A stretch of 64,000 nucleotides of DNA from Dehalococcoidia bacterium (GCA_965249025.1 OZ252215.1:1471783-1535782), one strand, 5' to 3'; counted from the stretch's first letter, positions 19,839 through 30,493 are shown. Notes: generated by a model not told the origin, from the letters alone. Made by a program: numbers and translations.

Positions 19839-20942
19839 CTATCGATCCACCTCGCCCATATTTACGTCTATGCTTCCAAAGGACACGACCACGTCTGCCA
19901 AGTTCCAGCCTATTAGTATGTCACGTAAAAGAGTCAGGTTTATAAACGAAGGAGAACGAATCTTAAAGCGATACGGCGAAATAGTACCATCACTTACTAG
20001 ATAGAAGCCCAGCTCACCCTTGGGAGCCTCTACCCTTGCGTAGGCGTCACCTATAGGCGGCCTAACAAGGAGTGGAACATCAGCCTTGACGGGGCCAAGC
20101 TCGATCTGCTGTATACATTGCTCCACTATCTTCAAGCTCTGTCGCATCTCCATGATGCGCACCCAGTATCTGTCATAGTTATCTCCAACGGAACCTATGG
20201 GGACTTCAAATCTAACCCTGTCATATATCTCATAGGGGTCGGCCTTGCGCCAGTCCCACTGGACTCCGCTGCCTCTTAATACTGGTCCACTTGCAGAGGC
20301 GTTTATGACTGCCTCTGGAGACAGTGTGCCTACGTTCCTGGTTCTGGCCAATACTATTTCGTTTTCCGAAATCAGTCCCTCATACTCGTCTATGTAATTA
20401 GGCATCTCGTCCAGGAACCTACGTAGGGCAGGCCAAAAGTCGTCAGGCACGTCTTGAAACACACCGCCAGGTCTCATGTAGCTGAGGGTGATCCTAGCTC
20501 CACACATCATCTCAAATAGATCGAGGATTCTCTCCCGCTCTCTAAAACAGTACATTAATGGAGTGACAAATGCTCCCAGCTCTTGGAGAAAGAACCCGAC
20601 CGCTATCAAGTGACTTGCGATCCGTTGAAGCTCAGCCGCAATTACCCTCAGGTACATCCCCCGCTCTGGGACTTCAATATCAGCCAATTTTTCCACCGCC
20701 CTCACGTACGCTAGGTTATTGGACATACTGGCCGTGTAGTCCAACCGATCCGTAAGGGTAACCACCTGGGTGTAAGTTCGCTCCTCAGCGAGCTTTTCTG
20801 AGCCTCTATGAAGGTACCCGAAGACAGGTTCTATATCCAGAACTTTCTCACCATCAAAGGTCACACGCATCCTGAAGACACCATGTGTGCTCGGATGTTG
20901 AGGCCCTACGTTTATGGTGACCGGCTCAGATTTTATTGGCAT
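19839..20942 (-). CDS. nuoD: NADH-quinone oxidoreductase subunit D
   Basis: 367 aa with INVGPQHPSTHGVFRM. nuoH follows directly, with no nuoE/F/G in between. Confidence 0.9.
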   Translation of the reverse strand: MPIKSEPVTINVGPQHPSTHGVFRMRVTFDGEKVLDIEPVFGYLHRGSEKLAEERTYTQVVTLTDRLDYTASMSNNLAYVRAVEKLADIEVPERGMYLRVIAAELQRIASHLIAVGFFLQELGAFVTPLMYCFRERERILDLFEMMCGARITLSYMRPGGVFQDVPDDFWPALRRFLDEMPNYIDEYEGLISENEIVLARTRNVGTLSPEAVINASASGPVLRGSGVQWDWRKADPYEIYDRVRFEVPIGSVGDNYDRYWVRIMEMRQSLKIVEQCIQQIELGPVKADVPLLVRPPIGDAYARVEAPKGELGFYLVSDGTISPYRFKIRSPSFINLTLLRDILIGWNLADVVVSFGSIDVNMGEVDR

Positions 20943-21000
20943 AAAACTTCGCCCCAGGTGCTGACCTGCCGTTTATCTGGAAATGCAGTGAGCGTGAGTC

Positions 21001-21444
21001 CTACCTCAGATAATCTTTTCTTAAAGGGTGCCCTGGAAATTCCTCCCACAGCAATATTCGCCGTAGGTTGTGATGGTTCTCAAACCGTATTCCCATAAGG
21101 TCCCAAACTTCTCGTTCTTGGAAATCTGCTCCTTTCCATATAGGGGTCACAGTAGGAACAGTGGGATTCTCTCTTCCATAGTAACGGACCTTTACTACCG
21201 CACTGTGGTTATGCCTCAATGAAGTGAGGTGGTAAACCACCTCAAAGTACTCTATATAGTCCACTCCGGTAATCGAGTTCAAGTAAGCATAGTCCAACTC
21301 TGGTGTATCCTTTAAGAACTGGGCGACCTCATACCAGGACTCAGGTCTAACCCATACATCAGATGCCGTCCATTCGGTTGCAGCACCAGGTACCTTTCGA
21401 TTTATTAAGTCTGCGAGACGCTCACCTGATATAGAGGTAGTCAA
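21001..21444 (-). CDS. nuoC: NADH-quinone oxidoreductase subunit C
   Basis: 147 aa with a TTG start. EREVWDLMGIRFENHHNLRRILL is the 30-kDa subunit motif. Confidence 0.85.
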   Translation of the reverse strand: MTTSISGERLADLINRKVPGAATEWTASDVWVRPESWYEVAQFLKDTPELDYAYLNSITGVDYIEYFEVVYHLTSLRHNHSAVVKVRYYGRENPTVPTVTPIWKGADFQEREVWDLMGIRFENHHNLRRILLWEEFPGHPLRKDYLR

Positions 21445-21446
21445 GA

Positions 21447-22076
21447 TCAGGTTGTCACTTTCCTTTCAAAGTTAGCATGGCGCTTTATCTTTTCATGAAG
21501 CTGCATTATTCCATACAAGAGGGCGTCAGGGCGAGGTGGACAGCCAGGCACATACACATCCACGGGAATGATGTGATTCACTCCAGGAACCACGCTGTAG
21601 GACTCATAGTAGGGGCCTCCACTGGTTGCACAGACGCCCATCGATATGACCCACTTAGGCTCAGGCATTTGCTGATAAAGGCGTTGGATCACTGGGGCCA
21701 TCTTCCAGGTAACCGTGCCGGCAATTATCATGAGGTCTGCCTGCCGGGGCGAGGCCCGAAATACCTCCATGCCGAAGCGTGATATATCAAACCGAGACAT
21801 GGCGCTAGCCATCATTTCGAAGGCACAACACGCTAGCCCAAAGGAAAGGGGCCACATAGAAGATTTTCTTCCCCAGTTCAAAAGAGCGTCGACTGAGGTG
21901 ACCGCTATGTTACCCTTAATATCTTCGGGAACTTCCACCGCAAGCTCAGGAAACGGCTCTGTGTGCGTTGCCTTTAGCTCATTTACAGCGCTCCCCTCTT
22001 TTATATCTAGTTCCCAGGTGGTTTGGTAAAGAGGGGTACGCTCTTCTACAGCGTCGGTAGTGAGTTCATCTGGCAT
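21447..22076 (-). CDS. nuoB: NADH-quinone oxidoreductase subunit B
   Basis: [20 protein letters not shown] and VPGCPPRP are the N2 cluster ligands. ATG 22076 (GGAGA upstream) is preferred over 22112, which would overlap nuoA by 35 nt. Confidence 0.85.
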   Translation of the reverse strand: MPDELTTDAVEERTPLYQTTWELDIKEGSAVNELKATHTEPFPELAVEVPEDIKGNIAVTSVDALLNWGRKSSMWPLSFGLACCAFEMMASAMSRFDISRFGMEVFRASPRQADLMIIAGTVTWKMAPVIQRLYQQMPEPKWVISMGVCATSGGPYYESYSVVPGVNHIIPVDVYVPGCPPRPDALLYGIMQLHEKIKRHANFERKVTT

Positions 22077-22077
22077 A

Positions 22078-22473
22078 CTATCTCCATTCCAGCGCTTGTT
22101 TGCGCCAAGCATATAGCCAAGCCACCACTAGAATGCCAATAAAGACAAACATCTCCATCAGGACAGCAAGGCCAAATCTTGCTGACAAGACCCCGAACTG
22201 CATTGCCCACGGATAGATGAAAATCGTCTCCACATCAAAGACTAGAAACAGCAGGGCGAAAAGATAGTATCGGGGATTGAATTGCTTCCAGCGGGGAGAG
22301 ATGGTCTCCATTCCGCACTCATATATACTCAGTTTGATGGCGCTGGGTTTGTGAGGGCGAATCCGTATACGGGACAGTAGCCAAGATACCATAAGCATAC
22401 TGCTGGCTACCACTATTGCACCGCCAGCAAGAATTACGATCAGTCCATACTGCCTAAAATAGTCGTCTAGCAT
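22078..22473 (-). CDS. nuoA: NADH-quinone oxidoreductase subunit A
   Basis: 131 aa and the first gene of the operon. YECGMETI and [12 protein letters not shown] are present. An AT-rich promoter region lies upstream (22474-22834). Confidence 0.85.
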   Translation of the reverse strand: MLDDYFRQYGLIVILAGGAIVVASSMLMVSWLLSRIRIRPHKPSAIKLSIYECGMETISPRWKQFNPRYYLFALLFLVFDVETIFIYPWAMQFGVLSARFGLAVLMEMFVFIGILVVAWLYAWRKQALEWR

Positions 22474-22834
22474 AGTCTATTTAACTAAATATACTAACTT
22501 CCTAGTATTGCACTATAGCATCGTAAGTATTCAAAACGCAAGTGAAATTTTACACAATCTAAGTCCGCGAACAATGAGTAGTTATTGCCCTGTTAAAACC
22601 CATGCACTTTTGAGGAGTAATAGGACGGCTAATTCGGCAATTATCTCGCTATCATGCTGTACCCAGTTATTCATATAAATCGCCCATCCATTAGGCCAGG
22701 CAAAGAAGCGCCTTGACTTTGACCATAGACGATGTAAAACTAAAAAAGATTTAGCTACCTATTATCAGTCTGAAGTCTAGTATGTAAGAAGGGCAGCCAC
22801 CTGCAGCGTGACCGTCCTCAAATGGAGCAGATAA

Positions 22835-23515
22835 TTGCTTATAGACCTGCATACTCACACTTATCCCAATTCTGATGACAGCTTCCTAAGCATCGAAGAG
22901 CTAATAGAGGAATCGAAACGGGTAGGACTTGACGGCATTTGCCTGACCGACCACGATTTTTTTTGGGACGAGGAATCGATAAGAAAACTCTCAAACAAAC
23001 ACGACTTCCTAATTCTCCCTGGCTGCGAAGTTACTACCGAAGAAGGACACCTGTTGGTATATGGACTGAGTAGCTATGTGTTCGGTATGCACAAAGCAGA
23101 TATGGTAAAAGAGCTAACAGATGATGAGGGTGGAGCTATGATCGTGGCCCATCCCTACAGGCGTAGATATGCACAATGGATGGAACAAGAGGAAGGTTCT
23201 TATTTTTCTTTGATTGACCGTACTTGCCAAGAGAAGGTGTTTGATTTAGCCCACGGAGTAGAGGTACTCAATGGGCGAGGCTCTGATATAGAAAACACCT
23301 TTTCAAAGGAGGTCGCCGACAGGCTCTCCTTACGGGGTACTGGCGCAAGCGATGCCCACAGAGTGGAAGATATAGGCATCTTTGCCACCAAGTTCGATTC
23401 CCAAATTAGAGATATTGTAGACCTAGTCAGGGAATTACATGCGGGCAGGTTTAGTCCGGTTATGCTTAAGGCGCGAAAGACATCCGTCGTTTGGAGTGAT
23501 TCGGCAAGGACATGA
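22835..23515 (+). CDS. PHP-domain metal-dependent phosphoesterase
   Basis: 226 aa with a TTG start. LIDLHTHTYPNSDD, CLTDHD and GASDAH are PHP motifs. Confidence 0.8.
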   Translation: MLIDLHTHTYPNSDDSFLSIEELIEESKRVGLDGICLTDHDFFWDEESIRKLSNKHDFLILPGCEVTTEEGHLLVYGLSSYVFGMHKADMVKELTDDEGGAMIVAHPYRRRYAQWMEQEEGSYFSLIDRTCQEKVFDLAHGVEVLNGRGSDIENTFSKEVADRLSLRGTGASDAHRVEDIGIFATKFDSQIRDIVDLVRELHAGRFSPVMLKARKTSVVWSDSART

Positions 23516-24501
23516 ACAACATTGCGCTAAAAGTTGAGAACCTCCACACCTACTTTTTCACAAAACAGGGGGTAGTCCGTGCCGTCAACGGAGTCAACCT
23601 GGTCCTCAGACAGAGTAAAATCCTTGGACTAGTGGGCGAAAGCGGTTGTGGTAAGAGCGTTACTGCCCTCTCAATTCTGGATCTAGTTCCTACTCCTGGC
23701 CGCATCGTCCAAGGCAAGGTCTATTTTAACGACACAAACATTCTTGAACTACCGGGATACAAACTACGAGAAATTCGAGGAAACGACATCTCTATCGTTT
23801 TTCAAGATCCTACAATGTCTCTCAACCCAGCGCTCACTGTAGGCTCTCAAATGGAAGAGATATTCCGAGCACATTCAGTTGTGAGCAAAGATGCTGCTAA
23901 AGAATCTGTGCGCAAACTCTTTGATAGCGTCGGGCTAGGCGACGTACAGGCTTTGTACAACCGATACGTCTTCGAGCTTAGCGGAGGCATGGCTCAACGA
24001 GTCATGATAGCTATGGCCCTAGCGTTGAATCCTCAGATACTCATCGCAGACGAGCTTACCTCCAATCTGGACGTGACCCTACAGGCGCAGGTCCTCCAAT
24101 ATCTCAAGGAGGTGCAACAGAAGTATAACTCATCTGTAATATTGATCACCCACGATATGGGTGTAATAGCACGCATGGCTGACGACGTAGCAGTCATGTA
24201 CGCAGGGTCAATTGTGGAATCAACCGACACGAAAACCCTATTTAAGCGCCCGTCTCACCCATACACGTGGTTACTGTTTCAATCACTCCCCCGACTTGAC
24301 AAACCAGACCAACCCCTATTGGCTATGAAGGGTTCTCCGCCATCAATGATAGACCTTCCAGACCAATGCCCGTTTTTGCCTCGCTGCCCTAAGGCTACAA
24401 TGACCTGTCGCCTTAGCCCTAGGCCCAAACTAGAGGAGCTAGAATCAGGTCACTTTGTGGCATGCTACAACGCCGTTACGGATATCGCTAACGATAGCTA
24501 A
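23512..24501 (+). CDS. ABC transporter ATP-binding protein, oligopeptide/dipeptide (OppD/DppD) type
   Basis: 329 aa. Walker A GESGCGKS, signature LSGGMAQR, Walker B ILIADE and a C-terminal oligo_HPY-like Cys-rich tail. ATGA overlap with the PHP gene. Confidence 0.85.
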   Translation: MNNIALKVENLHTYFFTKQGVVRAVNGVNLVLRQSKILGLVGESGCGKSVTALSILDLVPTPGRIVQGKVYFNDTNILELPGYKLREIRGNDISIVFQDPTMSLNPALTVGSQMEEIFRAHSVVSKDAAKESVRKLFDSVGLGDVQALYNRYVFELSGGMAQRVMIAMALALNPQILIADELTSNLDVTLQAQVLQYLKEVQQKYNSSVILITHDMGVIARMADDVAVMYAGSIVESTDTKTLFKRPSHPYTWLLFQSLPRLDKPDQPLLAMKGSPPSMIDLPDQCPFLPRCPKATMTCRLSPRPKLEELESGHFVACYNAVTDIANDS

Positions 24502-25531
24502 TACGAGCTCTTATTTCTTTAGGCTCATCGCATAACTGAGCTATCAGAAGGTCAAGGGCAACCTCTTCAGTAATTTGGCCCCTCTTGATACCTAAGTCCG
24601 TTTCAAGGAGCCTGGCATGTATTTGCCTCAGTCGTTGGAAAGTAAATTTGCGTTCCTGCTCTAGAGTTTTCTTTAACACAAATGGTGCGCTGATCCCTAA
24701 CCTTCTTCCAATCTCGTCCTCGCGAAGCTTATGGGCTTTCATCTCTTTGGCAAGCATAAGCAGGCGAAGCTGCCTAGCCAGCATGACCAGGATATAGGAC
24801 ACCGCCGCCCCAGACTGCATCAGACGATGGAGAAGGTCTACGGCTAATGCAGACCTCCCCTCTATAACAGCGTCTACGGCAGCAAAGATATTCGCTTCCC
24901 TGGCCGGAGCTACAATTGCCCTTATATCCTCTTCTCGAATCTCTTTGTCAACTGTATACAAACAAAGCTTCTCCACCTCACTATCCATAATCCAGAGATT
25001 GCCTCCCACAATGTCCGCAAGATAACGGACAGCCCTTGGGTCCATATTGCAACCTCTTTTAGCTACTGATTCCCTTATCCACTGCCGGAGTGGCTCGTTA
25101 TCAAGGCGTGGGAACCCTTTAACGATAACAGTAGCAACTCGACTAAGTCTTCGTAGAAGAGGATTGTCTTTTCTTAAAGCTCCTTCCAGGAACACTAATT
25201 CTGTTGTGTCGGGAACTCCGTTCAAGTAATCCGCAAGTCCCTTCCACTGTGCAATACGCGAGTTTTCCTCTTTAAAGGCGGTCTGCTGTCCCCTTCCACG
25301 GCGGCGACGAGGCTCTACAGAGTGAAGCAGTCCCTCCATGACCACTAAACGCTTCTCCGATAAAAAGGGAATCGTGTCGCAAGCCGCGGATAGCTGCTCA
25401 AGAGAAGTCTCAACCCCCTGCAACACGGTGGTATTAGCATCCCTCAGGTCGGGGGACCCAAGGCTTTTTCTTATATCATTTAGTGCCTGCGTTATGGAGA
25501 AGTTGTCTTCCCCAAAAAGTACACGGATCAC
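24488..25531 (-). CDS. holA: DNA polymerase III subunit delta
   Basis: 347 aa. The overall HolA layout is present: an N-terminal LFGEDNF-type start, a central DIVGGNLW region and a C-terminal helical domain. Confidence 0.75.
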   Translation of the reverse strand: MIRVLFGEDNFSITQALNDIRKSLGSPDLRDANTTVLQGVETSLEQLSAACDTIPFLSEKRLVVMEGLLHSVEPRRRRGRGQQTAFKEENSRIAQWKGLADYLNGVPDTTELVFLEGALRKDNPLLRRLSRVATVIVKGFPRLDNEPLRQWIRESVAKRGCNMDPRAVRYLADIVGGNLWIMDSEVEKLCLYTVDKEIREEDIRAIVAPAREANIFAAVDAVIEGRSALAVDLLHRLMQSGAAVSYILVMLARQLRLLMLAKEMKAHKLREDEIGRRLGISAPFVLKKTLEQERKFTFQRLRQIHARLLETDLGIKRGQITEEVALDLLIAQLCDEPKEIRARISYR

Positions 25532-25603
25532 AGTGTGACGTTTCCTTATCGAAGCTCAATGCTCTATAATGGCTATTGAGTTGCTGCACTGGAACAGCTT
25601 ACT

Positions 25604-25936
25604 ATGAGGATTTTACTACCATTCTACCATTGGGTGCTAAGCATTTGGCTAATGCTACGATTGCTCTTTGATTCGCGCGTCCCATATCGAATAAAAATCA
25701 TACCGGCCTTGGCAATCCTGTATGTAGCATCGCCTATTGACCTGTTCCCAGACTTTATCCCAATCCTAGGTCGACTAGACGACTTGACCGTTGTAATTGT
25801 AGCTATGTACCTGTTCATCGTCTTGGGTTCAAGACATCTTAAGCAAAGCAACCTGAACGCGAACAGATTGGAGCGGGAAGCCGAAGGCAAAGTAGTCGAG
25901 GCCGCATACCGTTTTGCTGACGACGAAGAACAGTAA
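25604..25936 (+). CDS. DUF1232 (YkvA-like) membrane protein
   Basis: 110 aa. YVASPIDLFPDFIPILGRLDDLTVV is the DUF1232 core. Confidence 0.75.
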   Translation: MRILLPFYHWVLSIWLMLRLLFDSRVPYRIKIIPALAILYVASPIDLFPDFIPILGRLDDLTVVIVAMYLFIVLGSRHLKQSNLNANRLEREAEGKVVEAAYRFADDEEQ

Positions 25937-26050
25937 GCCTTCCTAGTGCTCACATCGCAAGAAGTCGCATGATTCCTTCCTTTTGCGCAATAAGCGCAGT
26001 CGTACTATATACCTATCGAAACAGCTAAAGCCATTAAGTGAGTCATTAAG

Positions 26051-27148
26051 ATGGAAATTGGTGTCATAGGGCTTCCATTAAGCGGAAAAACAACCTTATT
26101 CAACGCCCTTACTAGGGGACACGCCCAAGTAGCCGCCTACTCTCAATCGGGCAAACCCAACGTAGGAGTGGTCAAGGTTCCAGATTCGCGATTAGACATC
26201 CTCTATAGTATGTATGAGGGTGCTAAATACACTCCCGCTGAAGTCATCTATACCGACATCCCAGGTGCGCCTGAAGGTCTGGGCAAGACCGAAAGCATTG
26301 GAGGGGAGTACCTCAATCGACTGCAAATGACGGCGGCTTTACTGCATGTGGTGCGCGCCTTTGAGGACCCCTCAATTCCTCATCTAGAAGACGGCACAGA
26401 CCCCTATCGTGACTTGACCAACATGGACATGGAACTGTCCTTCTCTGACCTGGCGATCTTGGAAAGACGCCTCAGCCGGTTGGAAGACGGACTGAAGGCG
26501 GCGAAGTCCAGTGAACGAGACGGCATCTCCAGAGAGCAAGAGTTCCTGGAAAGGATCAAGGGGAATCTTGAAAAGGAGATTCCATTAAGGGGACAGGAAA
26601 TCTCTCTTCAAGAGGCTATCATGTTGCAGAACTACCAGTTTCTTACCGCCAAACCCCTTCTTGTGGCGCTTAATATAGACGAAGGAAAGCTAGCTCAAGC
26701 CTGTGATCTGGAAAGGGAGCTGGAATCAAGGGCAATTGACTCCTGGGCCAGGGGAATTATCATCTGCGGTAAGCTGGAATCGGAACTGGCTCAAATGAAG
26801 GAAGCGGAGGAGAAGGAATTTCGAGAATCAATGGGCTTGGGCGAATCGGGACTGAAGCGTATGTTGCGGCTTTCGTACGATGTTCTCGGTATGATCTCCT
26901 TCTTTACCATTGGCGAGGACGAAGTTAAAGCCTGGAGCATTATGAAGGGAACCGACGCTGTAAGAGCGGCTGGCAAAATACATTCGGACATAGAGCGAGG
27001 CTTTATCAGAGCAGAGGTGATCTCCTTCGACGACCTGGTGAACTGCGGTAGCTTAGCCAAGGCCAGAAAACAGGGGTTGCTGAGGCATGAAGGCAAGACC
27101 TACCAGGTCAAGGATGGGGACGTGATAAACTTCCTGTTCAACGTCTAG
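26051..27148 (+). CDS. ychF: redox-regulated ribosome-binding ATPase YchF
   Basis: 365 aa. G1 GLPLSGKTTLFNALT, a coiled-coil insert and the C-terminal TGS-like EGKTYQVKDGDVINFLFN. Confidence 0.9.
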   Translation: MEIGVIGLPLSGKTTLFNALTRGHAQVAAYSQSGKPNVGVVKVPDSRLDILYSMYEGAKYTPAEVIYTDIPGAPEGLGKTESIGGEYLNRLQMTAALLHVVRAFEDPSIPHLEDGTDPYRDLTNMDMELSFSDLAILERRLSRLEDGLKAAKSSERDGISREQEFLERIKGNLEKEIPLRGQEISLQEAIMLQNYQFLTAKPLLVALNIDEGKLAQACDLERELESRAIDSWARGIIICGKLESELAQMKEAEEKEFRESMGLGESGLKRMLRLSYDVLGMISFFTIGEDEVKAWSIMKGTDAVRAAGKIHSDIERGFIRAEVISFDDLVNCGSLAKARKQGLLRHEGKTYQVKDGDVINFLFNV

Positions 27149-27156
27149 GAATTGGC

Positions 27157-28425
27157 ATGGAAGACACAGCATCAAGAACGGCTCCTTCTGAAGACATCTC
27201 ACTATACTTGCATATACCTTTCTGCGAGACCAAGTGCCCGTACTGTGATTTCAACACCTACGCCCAAATAGAAAACCTCATGGCCCCATACAACGAGGCG
27301 CTGGTTCGAGAAATAGACCTGTGGGGAAAGCTCCTTAAACGTCCCAACATTGGGACTATCTTCTTTGGGGGCGGCACGCCCTCTTACCTGCCTCCTGACA
27401 ACATAACCACTATGTTAGAGGCAGCCTGCTCCTTCTTTCGAGTAAGAGAGGATGCTGAGGTCACTATCGAAGCCAACCCTGGCGATTTCAATCTCGAAGG
27501 CTTGAGGCAGTATTTACATTCTGGAGTAAACAGGCTGAGCATCGGATTTCAGACCCTGAGCAACGATCTACTGAAGGTTCTTGGACGACGACATTCAGCA
27601 GAGCAGGCCCTGGAAGCATATCGACTGGCGCGCAATGCTGGGTTCAGCAACGTAAGTATAGACCTTATGTTTGGCCTGCCTCATCAGGAGATGGAAGATT
27701 GGAAGAGCACCCTGGAAGGTGTCTTGAGCCTTGAGACTAACCACCTGTCTCTGTACTGCTTGACCCTGGAGGGTGATACTCCCATGGAGAGTTGGGTAAA
27801 GTCGGGAAAAATGCCAGAACCCGATGAAGATCTGGCTGCGGACATGTACCTTCTGGCGGAGGAGATGCTAGACAACGCTGGCTTTAGGCATTACGAGATC
27901 TCCAACTGGGCGATGCCAGGATTTGAGAGCAGGCACAACCTCACCTACTGGCGAAATCAGCCTTATCTTGGTGTAGGGCCTGGCGCTCATTCCTATCTAA
28001 ACGGGCGCCGTTTCTACAACTTGAAGTCTCCTAGAGAGTATATCAAACGGTTGAGAAGCATACACGATAAGTCTGGGTTAACGACGTCAGAGCTTACGGA
28101 GGAGGTCATTCGACGTGTGCCAGTTGTCCAGGATGTAGAAACGTTAAACCCAGACATCGAGGTGGCTGAGACGTTGATGATGGGCCTGCGGCTGGATGAG
28201 GGTGTCAGCGTGGAAAGGTTCAAGGAACGCTTCGGGGTTAGGATAGAAGAGGTATATAGGACAGACATAGAAGACTTGACCTCCTTGGGCCTGGTAACAG
28301 TTGAATCAGGGGCGTTGCGCCTAACACCCCGGGGTCGCCTTATGGGCAACGAGGTGTTCCAGAGATTTGTAGACAGAAAATCGCATGATAGCCCAGCTTA
28401 TAAAGTAGCCTCACCCCAGACTTAA
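27157..28425 (+). CDS. hemW: radical SAM heme chaperone HemW (HemN-like)
   Basis: 422 aa. YLHIPFCETKCPYCDFNT is the CxxxCxxC motif, with IFFGGGTPS and a C-terminal HemN_C-like domain. Confidence 0.85.
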   Translation: MEDTASRTAPSEDISLYLHIPFCETKCPYCDFNTYAQIENLMAPYNEALVREIDLWGKLLKRPNIGTIFFGGGTPSYLPPDNITTMLEAACSFFRVREDAEVTIEANPGDFNLEGLRQYLHSGVNRLSIGFQTLSNDLLKVLGRRHSAEQALEAYRLARNAGFSNVSIDLMFGLPHQEMEDWKSTLEGVLSLETNHLSLYCLTLEGDTPMESWVKSGKMPEPDEDLAADMYLLAEEMLDNAGFRHYEISNWAMPGFESRHNLTYWRNQPYLGVGPGAHSYLNGRRFYNLKSPREYIKRLRSIHDKSGLTTSELTEEVIRRVPVVQDVETLNPDIEVAETLMMGLRLDEGVSVERFKERFGVRIEEVYRTDIEDLTSLGLVTVESGALRLTPRGRLMGNEVFQRFVDRKSHDSPAYKVASPQT

Positions 28426-28500
28426 CTGGGAGACCCATTCTAAATTGCCTTCGCCATAGGGCTATGCTACCCTACTCCAGAGCACTGTTGGAGCACCCCA

Positions 28501-30363
28501 ATGTACGTCATAGGCACAGCGGGCCATGTCGACCACGGTAAGTCTACTCTGGTTAAGGCCCTCACAGGGATAGACCCCGACCGCCTCCAGGAAGAGAAGG
28601 AGCGCGGCCTTACAATTGACCTGGGCTTCGCATGGCTCAAGCTCCCTTCAGGCGATGAAGTAAGCATAGTAGACGTTCCCGGGCACGAACGTTTCATCAA
28701 GAACATGCTGGCCGGCGTAGGCGGCATAGACCTGGCCTTACTTGTCATAGCCGCGGACGAATCGGTTATGCCTCAAACTAGGGAACACCTCGCTATTTTA
28801 GACCTCCTTCAGATTAAAAAGGGCATTGCCGTAGTCACCAAGAGCGATCTTGTGGATGGCGACTGGCTGGACCTGGTAGTCGCAGATGTTGAAGAGGTCC
28901 TAACAGGCACTACCCTAGAGAGCTCTCCTGTCGTAACGGTATCGGCTACAACAGGCAAAGGGTTGTCTGAGCTAATCCATACTATAGAGGAATCTCTCAA
29001 GGTCACACCAACCAAGAAGGACTTAGGAAGACCTCGTCTTCCCATCGATCGCTCCTTTGTAATCTCCGGCTTCGGCACGGTTGTAACGGGAACCCTGATA
29101 GACGGCAAGCTCAAGGTCGGGCAAGAAGTGGAGCTTGTGGTATCCGGGAAACACACCCGTATCAGGGGGCTTCAGACCCACAAGAAAAAGGAGGAAGAAG
29201 CGCTTGCTGGGAGCCGCGTCGCCGTAAATCTGACCAACATCCCTCACGAAGAGATACGAAGAGGAGAGGTATTGACCATACCCAGATGGCTCCGACCCAC
29301 CACCGCCATAGATGTGCACCTAAGGATCATTGCAGACGCCCTTCGTCCTTTGAAACACAACTCCCACGTCACCCTTCACATCGGAAGCAGCGAAACCAAT
29401 GCCAGGGTTCGGTTGCTGGAGGGCGATAAAGTCACCCCTGGAGAGTATGCCTGGGCGCAACTCAAGCTAGATGATGCTCTGGCAATTGTGAAGGGGGACT
29501 GTCTTGTTATCCGATCACCGGAGACCACCCTGGGCGGCGGCAATGTGGTAGATACTCATCCCAAACGCCACAAACGCAACCATCCACCTACCATCGAACG
29601 ATTAGAGGTCATGGCGAGAGGCTCACATAGAGACGTCATCTTGAAAGCCATTGAGGTCTCGGAGCCTTCTTCTTTTCAGAACCTCGTTAACAGGGCTAAC
29701 CTTGAAGTAGAAGAGGCCCGTAGCGAATTAAAGGCCATGGCTTCCGAGGGTCTGGTGGTCGTATTGGGCGATGAGGAATTTGGAGACGGCGCAACCATCT
29801 TGACCGCTTCAGGCTGGGACTCCGTCCAGAAAAAGACGCAGAAGGTGTTAGAGGCACACCACCGTGAGCACTCACTACGCAGGGGTATGGCCAAGGAGGA
29901 GCTACGTAGTCGGCTTCAGATGTCGGCTCAAGAATTTCCCAAAGCCTTGAAGCGTCTGGTCGAAGCCGGAGTGGTATCAGATAAGGGGTCACTTGTACGG
30001 CTACCCAATCACCAACCACAGCTTGTGGAAGGGCAACGCCAAGCGGCAGAGGATTACCTGAACTCCCTGGAGTCGAACCCGTATTCACCCCCTACGGATA
30101 TACCTTTGGACGACGACATCCTCAACCTCCTGGCAGAGGAAGGCAAGGTAGTCAAGGTCAGCAATACAATAACATTCTCGGCCAGGGCATATGATGAGAT
30201 TGTTGCCAAAATAGTGGAATATACAAAAAAGAACGGCACGATAACCGTGGCGGAGGTGCGGGACCTGTTTCAGACAAGCCGTAAGTACGCGCTGGCTTTG
30301 ATGGAACATCTGGACCAGCGTAGAATAACACGGCGGGTAGGAGATGAGCGGGTGTTGAGATAG
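28501..30363 (+). CDS. selB: selenocysteine-specific translation elongation factor
   Basis: 620 aa. [27 protein letters not shown] and TKSD form the GTPase domain. The long C-terminal winged-helix region ends [25 protein letters not shown]. Confidence 0.9.
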   Translation: MYVIGTAGHVDHGKSTLVKALTGIDPDRLQEEKERGLTIDLGFAWLKLPSGDEVSIVDVPGHERFIKNMLAGVGGIDLALLVIAADESVMPQTREHLAILDLLQIKKGIAVVTKSDLVDGDWLDLVVADVEEVLTGTTLESSPVVTVSATTGKGLSELIHTIEESLKVTPTKKDLGRPRLPIDRSFVISGFGTVVTGTLIDGKLKVGQEVELVVSGKHTRIRGLQTHKKKEEEALAGSRVAVNLTNIPHEEIRRGEVLTIPRWLRPTTAIDVHLRIIADALRPLKHNSHVTLHIGSSETNARVRLLEGDKVTPGEYAWAQLKLDDALAIVKGDCLVIRSPETTLGGGNVVDTHPKRHKRNHPPTIERLEVMARGSHRDVILKAIEVSEPSSFQNLVNRANLEVEEARSELKAMASEGLVVVLGDEEFGDGATILTASGWDSVQKKTQKVLEAHHREHSLRRGMAKEELRSRLQMSAQEFPKALKRLVEAGVVSDKGSLVRLPNHQPQLVEGQRQAAEDYLNSLESNPYSPPTDIPLDDDILNLLAEEGKVVKVSNTITFSARAYDEIVAKIVEYTKKNGTITVAEVRDLFQTSRKYALALMEHLDQRRITRRVGDERVLR

Positions 30364-30493
30364 AGTCGAGGTGAATACGCAGGGAACACGCTCACCTTTA
30401 TTCCTTCGTTGCGCTCAGGACGGGCTCTCTCAAAAGGGAGAAGGGATATCTAGTTGACACGCTCACCATGGACAGTACGCATAGGAAAAATAA

